Origin: the human T2T-CHM13v2.0 reference genome, Homo sapiens
Length of the DNA stretch: 64,000 bases
Assembly: GCF_009914755.1 (NCBI RefSeq)
Contig: NC_060934.1
Reading direction: 5' to 3' (one strand)
In this document: piece after piece, positions 11,906 to 25,750 of the stretch
Position numbering within the stretch: the first letter of the stretch is position 1
Layout: each line of letters begins with the position of its first letter
Notes under the pieces: model-generated
What the model was told of the DNA's origin: nothing
The model's input: only the letters and a program-made list of their open reading frames with translations
The model's database searches: none
Program-made: the position numbers and the translations under genes

Positions 11906-13889
11906 CTGCAAATGCAATCACCCGCCCCCTCTCTGCCTCCTCTCCTCCCTCTGATCCTCACTCACCTCTCTCTGCCTTCCCACACCTGATCCATGGACTG
12001 TGTCTTTCCAGGCCAGACCTTTCAATCTTTCTCTCTGGGAAGATGGGCTCTATGTCTAGGAGATGCCAATGGAGCCGTGTGAGCGAGTGTGAATGGAGGG
12101 AGAGATGAGTTTAGAAATCCCAGCCTGCTCTTCTGATCCAGTTCCCCTGTGCCAGCCGCACAAGGGCCAAAGTGTGCTCTGCATGAAGCCTGGCCTTTGC
12201 TGATCCATTGCTGCCCGTCCCCGAGTCTTTACTGCCTCCTCAGGGTCCTCAGCTGCTGTCAGATGAAGGCTTGCTTCCAAGCAGTTCCTGGATTTTTACC
12301 TGCTCAGCCATAAAGCCCTGCAAAGTGATGAATCTAGGGATGAGTAGCTGCTTGCACAAGTGCAGGCAGGAGAGACGGGGACCAGAGCCCATATTTTTGC
12401 AGAGCCAACATTTTTGCACCTCTCCTACCCACCTCACTGCCCAGGCGAGCAGGACGGTGAAGCCTTGGCTGTGGATAATTGTCGGGAGCATCCCAGGCCA
12501 AGCCTTGGTCTCCCATCAGAACTTTGGAGGCTGGACTTCTCTGTTGCCAGGGAAACCGGTGTGTTCCCAGGAAAGGAAACCACAGCACTTTAGCTGTTAA
12601 GACGCCCCCCTCCCCCCGAAATGAGTTCCCTCCAAAACGGATTCGCCCCAAAATTGTTGAGTCGGCAGCATCCTGCCTTCTCCCTGAGCCTGCTGAAACG
12701 ATAGAAAATGCAATCTGCCCCTGACCTTGTGCTTTTCACCTCTTTTTAAAACATTCCACTGTAGCACAAGGACATGTTTTGTTTTTTCTTATTTATCCTC
12801 CTCCCATGCCAGCTGGGGCTCCAAGTCCTTCTCTCCAATTGTTGACTGGAGCCAGAAGGGAAAGGACTTCTACATCTTTTTTTTTTTCCTTGTTCAGCTG
12901 TCAGCAGAAATAAAACAAGCAGGTTTATATTTGGAAAGCAGAGGGTCTCAGCCACCAGATCGCTATGTCCGGGGTAGGTCACAGCCTTTGTATCTTCTCC
13001 TCCCTCAACAGTGGCTTGAAATTTGATCCACAGATTTGCAGAGTTGAGAGTGAAGGGAGGGTTTTTGGAGCAGGCCTGTCTTTACTCACTTTGACTTTTA
13101 AATGCCATTGGAGGATTGTGGATGAATCTTCAGTTGCTGACAACACTGGACCTTGGAAGAGATGGTTTTAGAAAAGAATCCCCTGGAATAACCCTGGAGC
13201 AGTCAAGGTTTGGGCAGCATCTGGAGTGTCTGTGTCCATTCCTGTCCATCATCTGCTCCCTGTACAGGGAGGCTGGAACTCTCACCTGGTTCAGGAGGTT
13301 TCGAGGCTGTCTAAGGAGTAGCGAGGAGTCCCAGCCAGGCCCGATGACCCCAAGAGTTACTGTTAGGAGACAAAACCAAACAGGAAAGAAGGAAGAGAGA
13401 AATGTGGCCAGTGTTCACTTTCAGGTCCCTGGATGTTTTTGAGGGCACTGTAGAGGAGGGAAAGGGTGTGAAGAGACTTGGGTCCAAATACCAGACACAC
13501 ACCCACCACCCACGCCCTTTGGGCCTGGGTCTTCCCATCTGAACAACTGCCTGGCCCTGGATCCTGTCCAAGCCCTCCCCTGGTCTGTCCCATGGTCTGT
13601 GCTCTCAGGGTCACTTTGGGTGATCTAAGCAGTTAATTTTTTACCTCGAAGTGACTCTCTGTTCCGTAAGTAATTTTAAACAAATTCTCTTCCTGTCCTT
13701 GCACTTCCACAGGAGAAAAACATGACCCACCGGGGTTTTTCACCGGCCCCCACAGACTGGCGTGTCCCAGGCTGTGTGCCTGCTAGAAGCCCTGGGCAGG
13801 AAGGGGCTTGGTGGGGCCTCCAGTGTTTTTTAGCCCCATTTGGGATTTCCAGCGGGTCTTTCTTGTTGATTCCCGAAATCCTGTCAGAT

Positions 13890-14125
13890 CTTGCTATTAG
13901 CATGAGGCTCTCAGAGTATAAACTAATGAATTACAGCATGATTACACAGCACATAATTAACTTTGTAATTAATATGCAACTGCCACTTAAGCTAAAACAC
14001 TGCTTATAGAGACGTACAGCAATAGTAAATCACAGGTCAGAAGTAGCACTTTGGAATTTTCAAAAGAATGAGCGTGAGCAGGGAATCACTTAAGGCAGCA
14101 GAGTGAGTTAATTAAAAAGCAGATG
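13890..14125. promoter_or_regulatory. Candidate intronic enhancer (homeodomain/NKX/PBX-HOX motif cluster)
   Basis: Non-repeat AT-rich island with TAATGA, three TAATTAA, two CACTTAA and GTAAATCA. Confidence 0.6.
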
Positions 14126-14729
14126 AATGGTGAGAGTCCTGCTTCATTTCAATACCTTCTCCCTTAAGAAGGACCCCGTGCCACCCGCCAGGCTGACTGG
14201 TCAAAGGGGCACTGAGCATGTGGTTTTATTTCCAAAATAAGACGGGCTTTCCCTGCCCACTCTCTTAACCATCTGCCCAGCCACACTGCCCCTGCTGGAG
14301 GCCATGCCCCCTTGGCCCTTGGCACCTGGCTCCACCTCTCCTCCTCCAGGAAGCCTGTGGGGTGATCCCCAGCCTGGCCTCTGCAGTCTAGCCCTCTGGT
14401 AGGCACTCCCAGCAGGTAGGTTGGTACTGTTTGTCTGCCTTCACCTGGATTTTAGGCTTCTGGAAATCAGTGATGTCATCTTACTCTTTTTGTTTAATCC
14501 TTTCTTCCCCAGCCTCCTGCAAGAGTGTTAAAGCTAGAAGATGCCTTAGGAATCATCTCACCCCGTCCCCACTTCATCAAGGCCATGGAGTCCAGGGTCT
14601 GAGCGCTGTAGTCACACCACAATATGGCCTGGGCCAAGCAGAAATTCCCTCTCCCATGCCTGGCTCTAGCCCGGCGGACACTGCCAGTATAGCTGCGTGA
14701 TTAGGCTGGAACCTTTGAAATGAGCTAAA

Positions 14730-14915
14730 GCCAAGTTCCGGTCCCAGCAACCTCACTGCCCAGCTGTGTGACCTTGGGCGAGTTGTGTAACCTCTCTGGG
14801 CCTCAGGTTCCTCTTCTGTGAAGTCTGAGCTGTGGTGCCCACTTTGCTGGGCTGGAGTGAGAATTCGATGGGATGATGTATGCAAAGGGGCCTGGTGCAG
14901 CGAGTGGGCTCCCGG
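14730..14915 (+). mobile_element. MIR SINE
   Basis: agctgtgtgaccttgggcgagttgtgtaacctctctgggcctcaggttcctcttctgt. Confidence 0.75.
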
Positions 14916-15284
14916 AAAGCTCAGCACCCCAGCCATCCTCAGAGGTTTGGGGTACAGGGAGAAATGAGTGACATCTTGATCAGCCCCTTCCTTCTGGGGC
15001 TGAGGAAATGGGCACAGAGAGGTGAGCCATGTGTCCACAGTGCAGTATGCATGCTGGCATGCTTGGGACCCCCAGGCCAGGATCCTCCTGAGGACACACC
15101 TTGTGTCCTGTGTCCCTCCCAGGCTGAGCACAGGCGGTGCAGAGCTGACCCAGGGCAGCGCCTGGAGAATGAATGAACCCAAGGGCCTCCCTCTGGGCAG
15201 CCGGAACCCGCGCAGTCTGCCACTCAGCTTCCCTGTTCCCCAGCCCCAGAATAGTGTGGAGATAGCTTGGTTTTGTGTATAGTT

Positions 15285-15512
15285 ACTGGGCTTTGAAGTC
15301 TGATAGATCTGGGTTTGGATCTCAGCTTTGCCATCTTCTGATCTTGGGCAAGTTCCTTAGTTATTTTCAGCCTTAGTTTTCCCATCTGTAGATGGTGCCA
15401 CTCATTCATTCTACCTTCGGCTATATTGTTATAAAGATAATTCACATAAAATACCAAATATGCTGCCTGACGTAGTACATAATGAAGGACACGCCTATTG
15501 TTCTTGTTACTA
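15285..15512 (+). mobile_element. MIR SINE
   Basis: gggctttgaagtctgatagatctgggtttggatctcagctttgcca...ccttagttttcccatctgta. Confidence 0.7.
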
Positions 15513-16844
15513 TTCAGAATTATGAATGGAGATGTCAGTGTGACTGCAGGAGGGCCACCCACCTCTAGGGCCTCAGGTAGAGAATCCTGCCTGCTGCCTG
15601 GGCCACCTGGGCCTGCACACACCCTGGCTTCTGTGCCTCTGGCTGCAGTCATTGCTTGGATGGGACAGGGGAGGGTCATCTCCGCCTCAGGCAGCTCATG
15701 TGACCTTCCTACTCTGGCCTTTGCCCTTCCAGGAAGTGTTCTGGGCCGCTCTTCCCGCCCCCGAGCCAGTCTTGCTGGGGGAGGGAGCCCAGGGCGCCTT
15801 CAGGCAGGCTCGTGGCTGGTTGGGTATATCCAAGGTGGCCATGGCTTTCATGAAGCTGGACATGATACTGGATTCAGAATCCAGGATTCCGATCTTTCTG
15901 TGGCTTCTCTTCGCACAGACGTCTTTGTTTCTGGTCACGCCTTTGTGGCCAGAGCCCAGCTTGGAGCTAGGAATCTTCCTCCTGTCCCCCACCCCCCTAG
16001 TATCCCCTCCCCCAGTCTTTTACCCAGCCAGCTGGCCCTCCTTGCCTCTTCTGTGTCTCTCCTCCAGCCTCTCCACCCTTGGGCCACTCCCTTTAGGTCG
16101 GCATTTCTCAAAGCAAGTCCTGGGGAAAACTAGTTCTGTGGGATTTTAAAATGTGTTTAGTGAAAAAAGCATTTTTGCCATCCAGTAACACTGAGAAAAG
16201 CCAGATTTTGTAAGGCCCTTCCCATGCAAGCGTGCTTTCATGATCTCCCAGAGGAGGACAGAAGATGCAGCTTTCCCCAACTCATCTAACCGGGAATGCT
16301 TCGCTCAGGAGCACCTCCTGGGACCTGGTTTCCAAGAAACAGATCTGGGCAGAGCCATCTGGGGTGTCCCAGTCACCAGAGCACAGTGTGGCTTTTCTCT
16401 GATCTCCTGTCTTTATTAGAGATGGTGCCCAGGCAGACTTCATCTGGGCATCGAGGCCACTGCTGGAGGAGCTCACTTGTCCGAAAGCTCCTTCCCTAAT
16501 CCATCCTTCCCTCTGGAACATTTGTGACTGTCCTTTGCCACTAAAACAGAGTCCCTCCAGCTCCTCAACCTGGCATTCTGGCCAATGGCATGGGACCCCT
16601 GCCTCCCTCTCAGCTGCAACCACCCAGGACTTCTGAGGCGCCCTGTTGAGCTCATGGTATGGTTCCCAGAGGGCCTGTAGAGTGGTGGTGTTTAACTCTG
16701 TCACGCAGGCACCCAAGTCTCTGGCTCCAGCTTCCTTCTGCCTCTGATGGAGCCGATAAGACCCACCAGGGCACTCTAGAGAGTGAATGTTCACCTGCTC
16801 AGGGCGAGGCTAAGTTTCCTAGTCACTAACCCAGTGAATCAGCA

Positions 16845-17015
16845 CAGCAGCCTATGAAGTTGTACAATTATGGTTACTGTTGTTATTATTTATAGATGAG
16901 GGACCTGAGGCATACTGAGGCTAGCATTGTGCCCCAGGGCACAGAAGCCAGCAAGTGTCAGAGCCAGGATGCAAGCCCAGGCAGCCTGGTGCCCTTAACC
17001 ACTAAGCTATACTGC
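16845..17015 (-). mobile_element. MIR SINE
   Basis: tttatagatgagggacctgaggc...gagccaggatgcaagcccaggcagcctgg...cttaaccacta. Confidence 0.7.
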
Positions 17016-19097
17016 CCATCTAAGATGGGGTGAAACATGGGTCAACTCGTGAGGTTATAACACCAAAGTGCTTTGTAAACTGTAGAGTGCTGTGCACATT
17101 AGACTTTCAAGTCACCAGGCAGCTTTGGAGCACCTAGCGTGATTTTTGTCTCTGTTGGTTTTCAGCAGGCAGCCAGGAAGCGTGTTTTCGGATTGCCTGT
17201 GGGGTGTCCAGCGTGTGCTTGGAGGGTTTCAGGAATGAGGGCCCTCTGCTCTTGGGCCGAGGTGGCTCAGTCCCCTGAGTAGCCTCACACCCAGAGACTC
17301 CACTAAATGAAGATCGGGCTAGACCCAGCTGACGCACGCCCCTCCCATGCCATGGGCTTTCTGGAGAGTAGAGCTTGATGAATCACTGTGCCAGCCTCAG
17401 CCCAGCTCCCACCCCCGGATCTAGGGATGCTAGAAATCTCCATAGGGAGCTGTGGGGGCTGCCCAGGGCCTCTGCAGGGAGAAGCATAGCTGCTTCCTAG
17501 TAAGAGCCAAGCCCCTGTTCCCATCACACTTGGCATGGGCACCCTGTCCTACCCCACCCCAACCCCCAAGGCGGCTTGGAGCTCCCCAGGGCAGGCCCGT
17601 TTGAGCTGTCTGTGGGCTGACCACAGGCCTGGCCTGGGCAGGCATCAGCAGGGGTGGACTGGATGTGGTTGGGGCAGTTGGGGCTCCTGAGGCCTGGGTG
17701 TGGGCCCTGACCCTGCCTCGGATCCACAGTGGGGCCTTCAAGGCTCTGCTCTACGCTCCCTGCCTCAGGCCTCCGTTTCCTCATCTGTAAATGTTAGGAT
17801 AGGCCTGCGCAGATCCCAGATCACTTCCAGATCTAAGCCATGAGGACTTTTCATTGTTTTTCCATCTACCACTTTTAGCTCAAGTAAATGTCTGCCTTCT
17901 GATTCCTCTGTTTCCCCAATTTTTTGGTTTTTTAGAAATTAAAAAATATATATATACTAACAGTGAAGAGCAGCTAACTAAAGGAGTACACTCATGGGCT
18001 CAGGAGGAGCAGCCACTGCCCTGGGTCATTCACACCCCCTGTGTGGCTAGGTAGAAATCACCTACCCACTCAGAGCCTCAACTTTCTCATCCACAAACTG
18101 AAATAATACTTGTTTGCAGGCTACTGTGAGACTGTGATATAAGGTTGCTTGAAATAGGCCCACCCATCCATAGAGGCTCTTAGCTTGAAAAGAACCTGGC
18201 TGTGACTCTCAGTTTAGGGTAAAGAGCACAAAGTCAGGAAACGGGAAGTTTGCATGTGGATCTGCTTGGTGGCCTCAAGCTAAGCCCTCCCCTCTCTGGC
18301 CTCTGTTCACTGCCTTTTCAAAAATAGACCACCTAGAAGACTTCATCTCATGTGTTGGTACCAGGTGGTTAACAATGGCTGTGCAGAAGTGTATGTGGAG
18401 GATTGGCTGGGAGAGTGCAGTGATTGATTAGCCATGCCTGCTATGGGTGTGGGAGGTGGAGGGTTGTATGGATGCCACCTCCACCTCTTGCATACCAGAG
18501 CATTACCATCCCTATGCCAGCTGGTCCTTAAGGGCTGATCTAGTTCTGTCTAACTCTTCCTGGGGGATGCCATTAATCCTGCCCCTATTTGGAGCTCCTG
18601 CAGAATGCCAGGTGGGATTTGGAGCCTTGGGGAGCTGGGGGTAGGGAGGGGACAATGGAGAATACCTCCATTCCTGGAGCCAGGGTGTAGGAACATCTGC
18701 TAGGTATTTACAGCCTTCTAGAGGGCACCAGCTGGTGGTCGGGGGGGGTCCTGCCTCTGTCTACAGTCACATCCTTCCCTATATCCTCCAAGGGCCCTCG
18801 GGTAACTGTTCTCACCCCTCTCTTCCCCACTTCATGGCATCTGAGCCTTTGGAGTCACAGACAAGAGCCTTGAGGCAGAGCCAGGACAGGGACACTGCAT
18901 GAGCACTGCTATCCTGGGAGAGGCTTGTGGCCTGGGCCCAGCACTGGACGGGCCTGTGACTCCCTATCTTCACCATCCTCAGCACTCCACAGCAGTGCTA
19001 GTCACCTTCCTCTCACTCAGGGAAGTTGGGGCTGGGGAAGGCAGTGTCTAGTTGAGGGAGGTCTGCCATATTCCCATGGAAAACATGATACAGAAAA

Positions 19098-19330
19098 ACA
19101 TGGGCTTTGTAATCAGACCTAGATTCAAATCCTGGCAGTTGTCAGTAGTGTGACCCTAAGCAAATCATTGCACCTCTCAGAGGCTCAGTTTCTTCATCTG
19201 TAGTAGCCTCTGTTTCTTCACCTGTAGTACTGTAATAATAATTGGACCAGCATATAGAGTTTTGAGGCTTAACTGATGTGACATAGAGAACCTAGTGTTT
19301 AGCACATATAGGTTTGATAGTTGTTCAGTA
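19098..19330 (+). mobile_element. MIR SINE
   Basis: tgggctttgtaatcagacctagattcaaatcctgg...ctcagtttcttcatctgta. Confidence 0.75.
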
Positions 19331-22300
19331 CCTCTTTCCACTCTGAGGAAACAAAGTGTAGGGGTGTGGCCTCCTTGGGAATGAGAGAAAGCCCAAGGGG
19401 CCTTCTCCAGAGCTGAATCCAACCCTCCTTTGCCTCTGGGGAAGAGAAGCTGTCAGAGAAAGTTCACTGTGAGGTCAGGGATTTGGAGTATGGCCAGAGG
19501 ATGGCAGGGGGGTTTGGCCTCAAGGGCATGGCCTCCTCTAAAGTGCCATGTGCCCAGAAAGACAAGGCACACCAAATGCAGCTAGGATCCCAGCCCTGTG
19601 TGGGTTGGGTCAGTGGGCTGGCCCCTTTGTCAGGGCCACATCACTGAGTGTTTCCCCAGGAAACTGTCACTTCTGAATTAACTTCTGTGTCCCAGGGCAG
19701 GTTGCTAGGCATAGCTGTGTGGGGCTGACTGTCATGAAGCCCCCACTCTGAAATGCCAAGGTTACATTATGTTATCCCACTAGCCAGCATTGACAATGGG
19801 TGTTCCCGTGAACAAGGATGGGTGTTGGGAGATTGGATCATGAAGAGAAGTGGGTCCACCCTTCCGGAAGCTTTGAGTGCCAAGCCAAAGCATCTGAACT
19901 CTGGTGGGGCAGTGTGGAGCCGTGTCAAGTCTTGGCACAGGAGCACTGCCCTGGTTGAGGAAGGAGGGACTGAATTCTGAAGAGTTGTGGTCCGAATGCA
20001 GAATTTCACTTTTTAAAACACTGTCCCCTAAGTATTCATTTGCTCAGCTCCTCAACACAGTGGGGCAGGGAGGAGATGGACTTTCCTGCTTGACAGATGA
20101 GGATGCAGGCTCAGGAAGGTGAAATACCCTCCCACAACCTCATAGCCAGGAGGTCTGGCTCTCAGGACCACTGCCTACCCAGGGGCCCCACCCTGTGCAA
20201 TGACTCACGCTGGCCCGAGGGCCTGCTCCAGTTGTCCTGCTAAGAGCTGGAAGCAGCTGGCCCTGTGCAGCTGCCCGGAGCTGCCTCTTCCATCCCTCTC
20301 CCCATCTCGTCTCCTGTCTCTCTGCCCTTCTTTCTGACTTCCCTGAGGTAGGGCACAAAGTCACTCTCCTACTGTCCTTGCTTCACCACCACCCTCTTCC
20401 TCTGCATCCAGCCCGTGTGCCTGGTGCAGGCTACCGAGGTTTGGGAATGCGCGAGCCACCTGCGACGTGACCACAGGCAGCTTCCACACCTCTCTGAGCT
20501 TCTACTCATTACCTTTAAGGTGAGGAAGTCATCAGTCTACATCAGTGCTTGCCTAACCTTGGTCACTTTCATTCCGTTCATACTATGTTTAAAACAATTC
20601 TTTAATTCACTTAGGTCTGCTATTGCTACCTAATTTAACTGCATGCTAAATAATAACATTCATGAACTCATCAGTCCAAAAACTTCACTATGAGAATGTA
20701 AAAGGTTTGTCCATGGACCTTCTAAAGTCATCGTTATCCCACCAGAAGTACATGTATCTCTCTTTGGGAACCCTCAACGGGGTAACCAGTGTCTCTCTGA
20801 GTCCTAGGATCTTCTGATTATGGCTGGGTGATGGGTTTTTCAGCTCTCACCACCCTGGTTCTCATGTACACCCAGCAATGGGCGTGCGTCCACCTGCCTG
20901 TTCACCCATCTAATGAGTACCTGCTGAGTACGGAGCCCTGGGCTAGACTAAGGGATCTGTAACTGGAAGACATTCCAGCTGATGGAGAGACAGTTGCAAG
21001 GAGTCAGCCCTCATCTAGTGCTGCTACGATGGGGGTGTGTGACAGCGACATGGAGGGGATAGGGATGGAAACCAAGAAAGAGCACGAAAGAGTGACAGTT
21101 GAGCCATACCCTGATGGATGGGAGGTGTCCAGGCATTGCGGGCAGAGGGACAGTCAGAGGCAAAGACATGGAGGTGCGATCTTCAGAGCACAGTCCGGGA
21201 GGCAGGGAGCAGCCCCACGTTGGGGACAAGGGATGTGACTGAGAGTAGTGAGGGCTAGGGGCCAGGCCGAAAAGGATCCCAACTGATGCTGACATGTGCA
21301 GGTTGGCAGGTCATTGCTGAGCCCAGGGCTCATGAAGTTTGTCCCTTTGGGAGTCTAAGGCTGATGAAGGGGCTGTCTGGGATGTCCTCTGGACCCCTAG
21401 GCTTTCCCTTCTGGCTGTGTCTTGGAACGCAGCCTCTGCTCGCGGGCTGTAGGCAGAGCTGCCCACTCCTGCCACTGGCACCGCTTGCCCCAGGGGACCT
21501 AAGCTGCAGATGTGCATGGTGATTGAATCATTTCTGCACACCACTGCTCACACAGCTCCCCGGGGACCCCCACTTGCCTGTGCAAGCTGTCATGAGATGT
21601 GTGTGCTCAAGTGCATCTGTGTTGGCATCCAGCATGTGCACATACCTGCTGTGAAGTATGCAAGGGGTCACATGTGTATGTGCCTATGCACACGTGTGCT
21701 GTGCAGACGCCTCTCTCTGGGTGCGTGTGCATTATGTGGACTGATGAACTAGTGAGGCCTCAAAGGTGGGAAATAAAACACTTGTGTTGGGACAGCTGAC
21801 TGTTCGGTTGGCTGCCACCCTTGGGAGCTAGCTGCCTGTGGAGCTCCACATTTCTGTGGGGCAGCTAGAAGCACCTCATCCCTGTGTCCAGTGAGGAGCC
21901 CCCTGAGGGCTGTTTGCCTCCCCCAGCCGTTGAGACCGTTGAGATGCTTCTCTCCTTGCTGACTTGGCAGCCCAGAGATATCCAGGGCTCTATTTGGACC
22001 TGTCAGAGGGGCTCCAGCCCAGCTCTGCTCACGATGCCCTCCGTGTCCTCTTCCTCTCCCCACCTCCGCTTCCCACCCTGCTGCATGAGGGCATGAGGCA
22101 GGTGTTCCCAGGCCTTTTCAGCTCTCAACGTTCTATCCTCCAAGCAGCCCTCTATACATAATAGCCGCTAACTTTTCTTGAACTAGTCTTCTGCACCAGG
22201 CGCCGCTAAGCATAGACACCCTCGCTCTGCTGGGTGGTGAGAAGTGTAAATGGAAGCTTGGTCCCGAAAGACGTCCCACGGGAGTTGGGAAGACCAAGCT

Positions 22301-22977
22301 GACCCCATGTTACCATCCAAAAACTTCCATTTGCCCAACTAAGCCCAGCCAAGCGTAAGGTGCAAGAAGAAGCACAGAGCTGTGAAAGGGGCAGTGTCGT
22401 GGCCTTGGGCTGCCCTGGAAGAACAGCTCCCGGGGCTGCCGGGCCTTCAGCCTCCCCATGGACCTGCCTTGGGACAGGCTTTGCAGCTTCAAAAGCAGGC
22501 ATTCTCCTCTTGTGGGGATGGTGTTTTCTGAACAGCCGGAGCTCCTCACAGGGAATCCTAAGAGGCTGGTATTTGACAGGCTGCCAAAGGCTGGCCAGCC
22601 CGATCCTGTGCTTTGCAGACAGCGAAATGGAGGTCCAGCTCTCTGCCCTATTCACTCAGCAAAGCAGGGTCCTGATTCCCCATGCTGATTAGCTTTGCAT
22701 GGCTCCTGGCGCTCTGACCAGGAGACATGGCGGGGGTCCTGAGCCGGGATGGGGGTAGCCTGCTTGGTCTCACCCCCCATTCAGGGGCAGTAGGAAGGGC
22801 TGAGGCCACGGGTGCACCTGGGGCCAGGCCGACAGTGATCTGTTGGGCGGGAGCCCGGCCTCTCCGGCTATAGAGCTGCAGCCACGGAGGATTTGTAGCG
22901 ACTTGTAAAGGCTTAAAGGAGTCCAGGAGCCCGGAGGCGGAGGCAGCGGCCCAGCTGAGTGGCGCTCTTGTGGCGAA

Positions 22978-22996
22978 GGGCGACCTCTGCTGGCCA
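22978..22996 (-). promoter_or_regulatory. Candidate CTCF site (reverse orientation)
   Basis: Minus strand TGGCCAGCAGAGGTCGCCC versus consensus TGGCCACCAGGGGGCGCTA, within a CpG-retaining patch. Confidence 0.55.
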
Positions 22997-24398
22997 CCAG
23001 GTGCGTGTCACCTCCCAAAGGTGGCCGGTGTGCAGGGAGCCCAGTGATGTAAGTGACTGGATTTGGGCAGGTTGGGTGGAACAAGAAGGTCATCTCCTGG
23101 GGCCCAGTCACAGCCGGAGGTGGGGACTACCAGGAAGCTCTGACTGCCAGTCATGGGGAGTGCAAAGAACAGCACATTAACAGCTGGAAAGGTAGAGGGT
23201 TTGAATCTCAGCCCAGCAGCTTTCCGGCTGTGTCACCTTGGGCAATTTGCTTCACCTCTCTGAGCCTTTTAAGGATGAAGAAAATTAGCACTGCATAGGG
23301 CCTGGCCTGGTGCCTGAACATAGCAGGTGTAGAACAAATGGAAGATCCCAGCCTGCCCCTCAACAAGCTGTCTCTTGCATGCCTCCCTCAGCGCACCCTT
23401 CCTCTCTTTATGCCTGAGACCCTTTGCTCTCTAGGCCTTTGACCCTTTTACTCCAGAGACTGGAGCCTCCATCTCCTCCATTCCTGGGGTTAGTAACCGC
23501 AGTTCTCCATCATTGACCTCAACAGTTTAAAAATGTCACCTCACCTGTAGGTGCCTCCATAATCCGCTAGCCATTTGTTCTTTTATTAAGAAACACAGGA
23601 CACAGCGCTGTCCCTGTGGTCTGCGATGTCCCTCCTGCCATCCATCTACCCACCCTTGGGTCTCACAGGTGTTGCAAGCCCAGACACTCACCCCTCGGTT
23701 CCTGTGAGCTGCAGCCCTGCCTGGGAGCAAAGCCCCCCTGGGACCTGGACCCAGCCCAGTGCCCCTTGGCCTTGAACAAAACACTGATGGGCCCCAGGCT
23801 CCTCAGAGTAAAACCAGTTGAGGCAGAGCGGGTAGATAGGGGACCTGAAAGCACCTTCGGCCCTTAATATTCCAGGAATCTTTCTGTCCAGAAGCCAGTT
23901 CAGTCCAGCCGCCGGCCTCCAGACAAGACTGCCCGTGACCCCACGTGGGGCCAGCCCGAAGGTGGACAGTCCCATCTCCCAGTTTGCTGTTAACTTCTTA
24001 AAGCAGGACCTGGGCCCCCGCTATGACTAAACAGAAAAGAACTGCCTCTGAGCCCTGTGGTCGCCAGCTGGGTGGATCTAAGCTCCTGTGCCTGCTTGGG
24101 GCTTCCAGGCAACAAGCATTTATCAAGGCCCACCGGGCTCTGCCCCCGGACACAATGTCAGGAGAAAGTTCCTCTTGAGAGGTAGACCCTTATGGGTCAC
24201 TGACTTGCCCCTCTGCAGCATCCTGTTCTGCAGATGGGGAAACCAAGGCCAGGAAACCAGAGAAGCCCACTCGAAGTCCATCCTGGCTGGGGACACCTGG
24301 GTGCTCACTGGAGTGAGGGAGAGGACGGAGGGCCTGGAAGCACACCTGGAACCTCCACAGTGTGCAGGTCTGGCCCCCAGGTCACTTAGGTTTGTCAA

Positions 24399-24417
24399 CA
24401 GCGCCCCCTGCTGGCTG
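24399..24417 (-). promoter_or_regulatory. Strong candidate CTCF site (reverse orientation)
   Basis: Minus strand CAGCCAGCAGGGGGCGCTG, a perfect CCASYAGRKGGCRS core. Confidence 0.75.
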
Positions 24418-24958
24418 CCTGGGCCACCGGTGGCCCTTTGTCCTGGTGGGCAGTGGCCTGCCGACAGCAGGATGAAGGCCTGCCGGGCATGAGGTTTCTT
24501 TGTACTTCTCTTCTGTCTCCTCCAGCTAGGAGCTGAGCCAACCCAGGCCTTTGTGGGATGGGTCTCCCTGTCCTGGCTGGCTGTGAAAGTTGAATTCTCT
24601 ATTGGAACCCTGGCTACCAGTGTTCACCCATGCCCCCACGTGGGACCCAGGCCTTCACTGCCGCATGGGTATCACATGGTGCCTGGGAGACCACCAGGGT
24701 CCTTTGGCTCTGATGGGGCCTGGCACCAGGAACTGAGATGGCCTTGCTGAAGGTGGCACTGTCTTGCTCCTGCTCTGGGCTCTCTGTGTCCTTGTCTTCC
24801 ACACCATGGTTTGTCCCTGACCCCAGGAGCCTTTGTCATGTGGATGCTGGCTGAGGGTCTGTGTGGGTAAACTCAGGAGGACAAATACAGCTCCCGCTTG
24901 GGTGACCTACAGAAGTAGCAAGCGGAGCTGCCCTGATTACGCCCCTGCCAACCCAGAC

Positions 24959-24961
<3 letters not shown>

Positions 24962-24997
<36 letters not shown>
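24962..24997. repeat. (AC)~18 microsatellite
   Basis: Pure AC run. Confidence 0.97.
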
Positions 24998-24999
<2 letters not shown>

Positions 25000-25341
25000 C
25001 TACACACCTGTACCCTGTCCCCTCCCCAGGACCTGTTCAAGAGTAAAAACTGTAAAGGGAAAGCCAGGATTCTAGAGCTGGCTCCTATCCAACAAGCTGT
25101 AACCTCCAAGCCTTAGTTTCTTCATCTGTAAAATGGGGATGTAACTACATTTTCTTATCTGTGCTGTGCCTGGACCAGTACCTGACTCATAGGAGGAGCT
25201 CAGCACATGGTCATCTAGTAGGTAAATGTGGGCTTGGACCAAGAGTTCCTTGAACACAAGAAAATGATTTCATTTTAATCTCCGCACGCCCAACCCATCT
25301 GGCCTAGGACCCCGCACAGTGTCGTTATTAAAAAGCATTTT

Positions 25342-25750
<409 letters not shown>

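Noticed and set aside
20500-20525. aag|GTGAGG recursive-site-like motif
   Set aside because: AAG acceptor and an interrupted pyrimidine tract make it much weaker than the 57328 and 25812 candidates.
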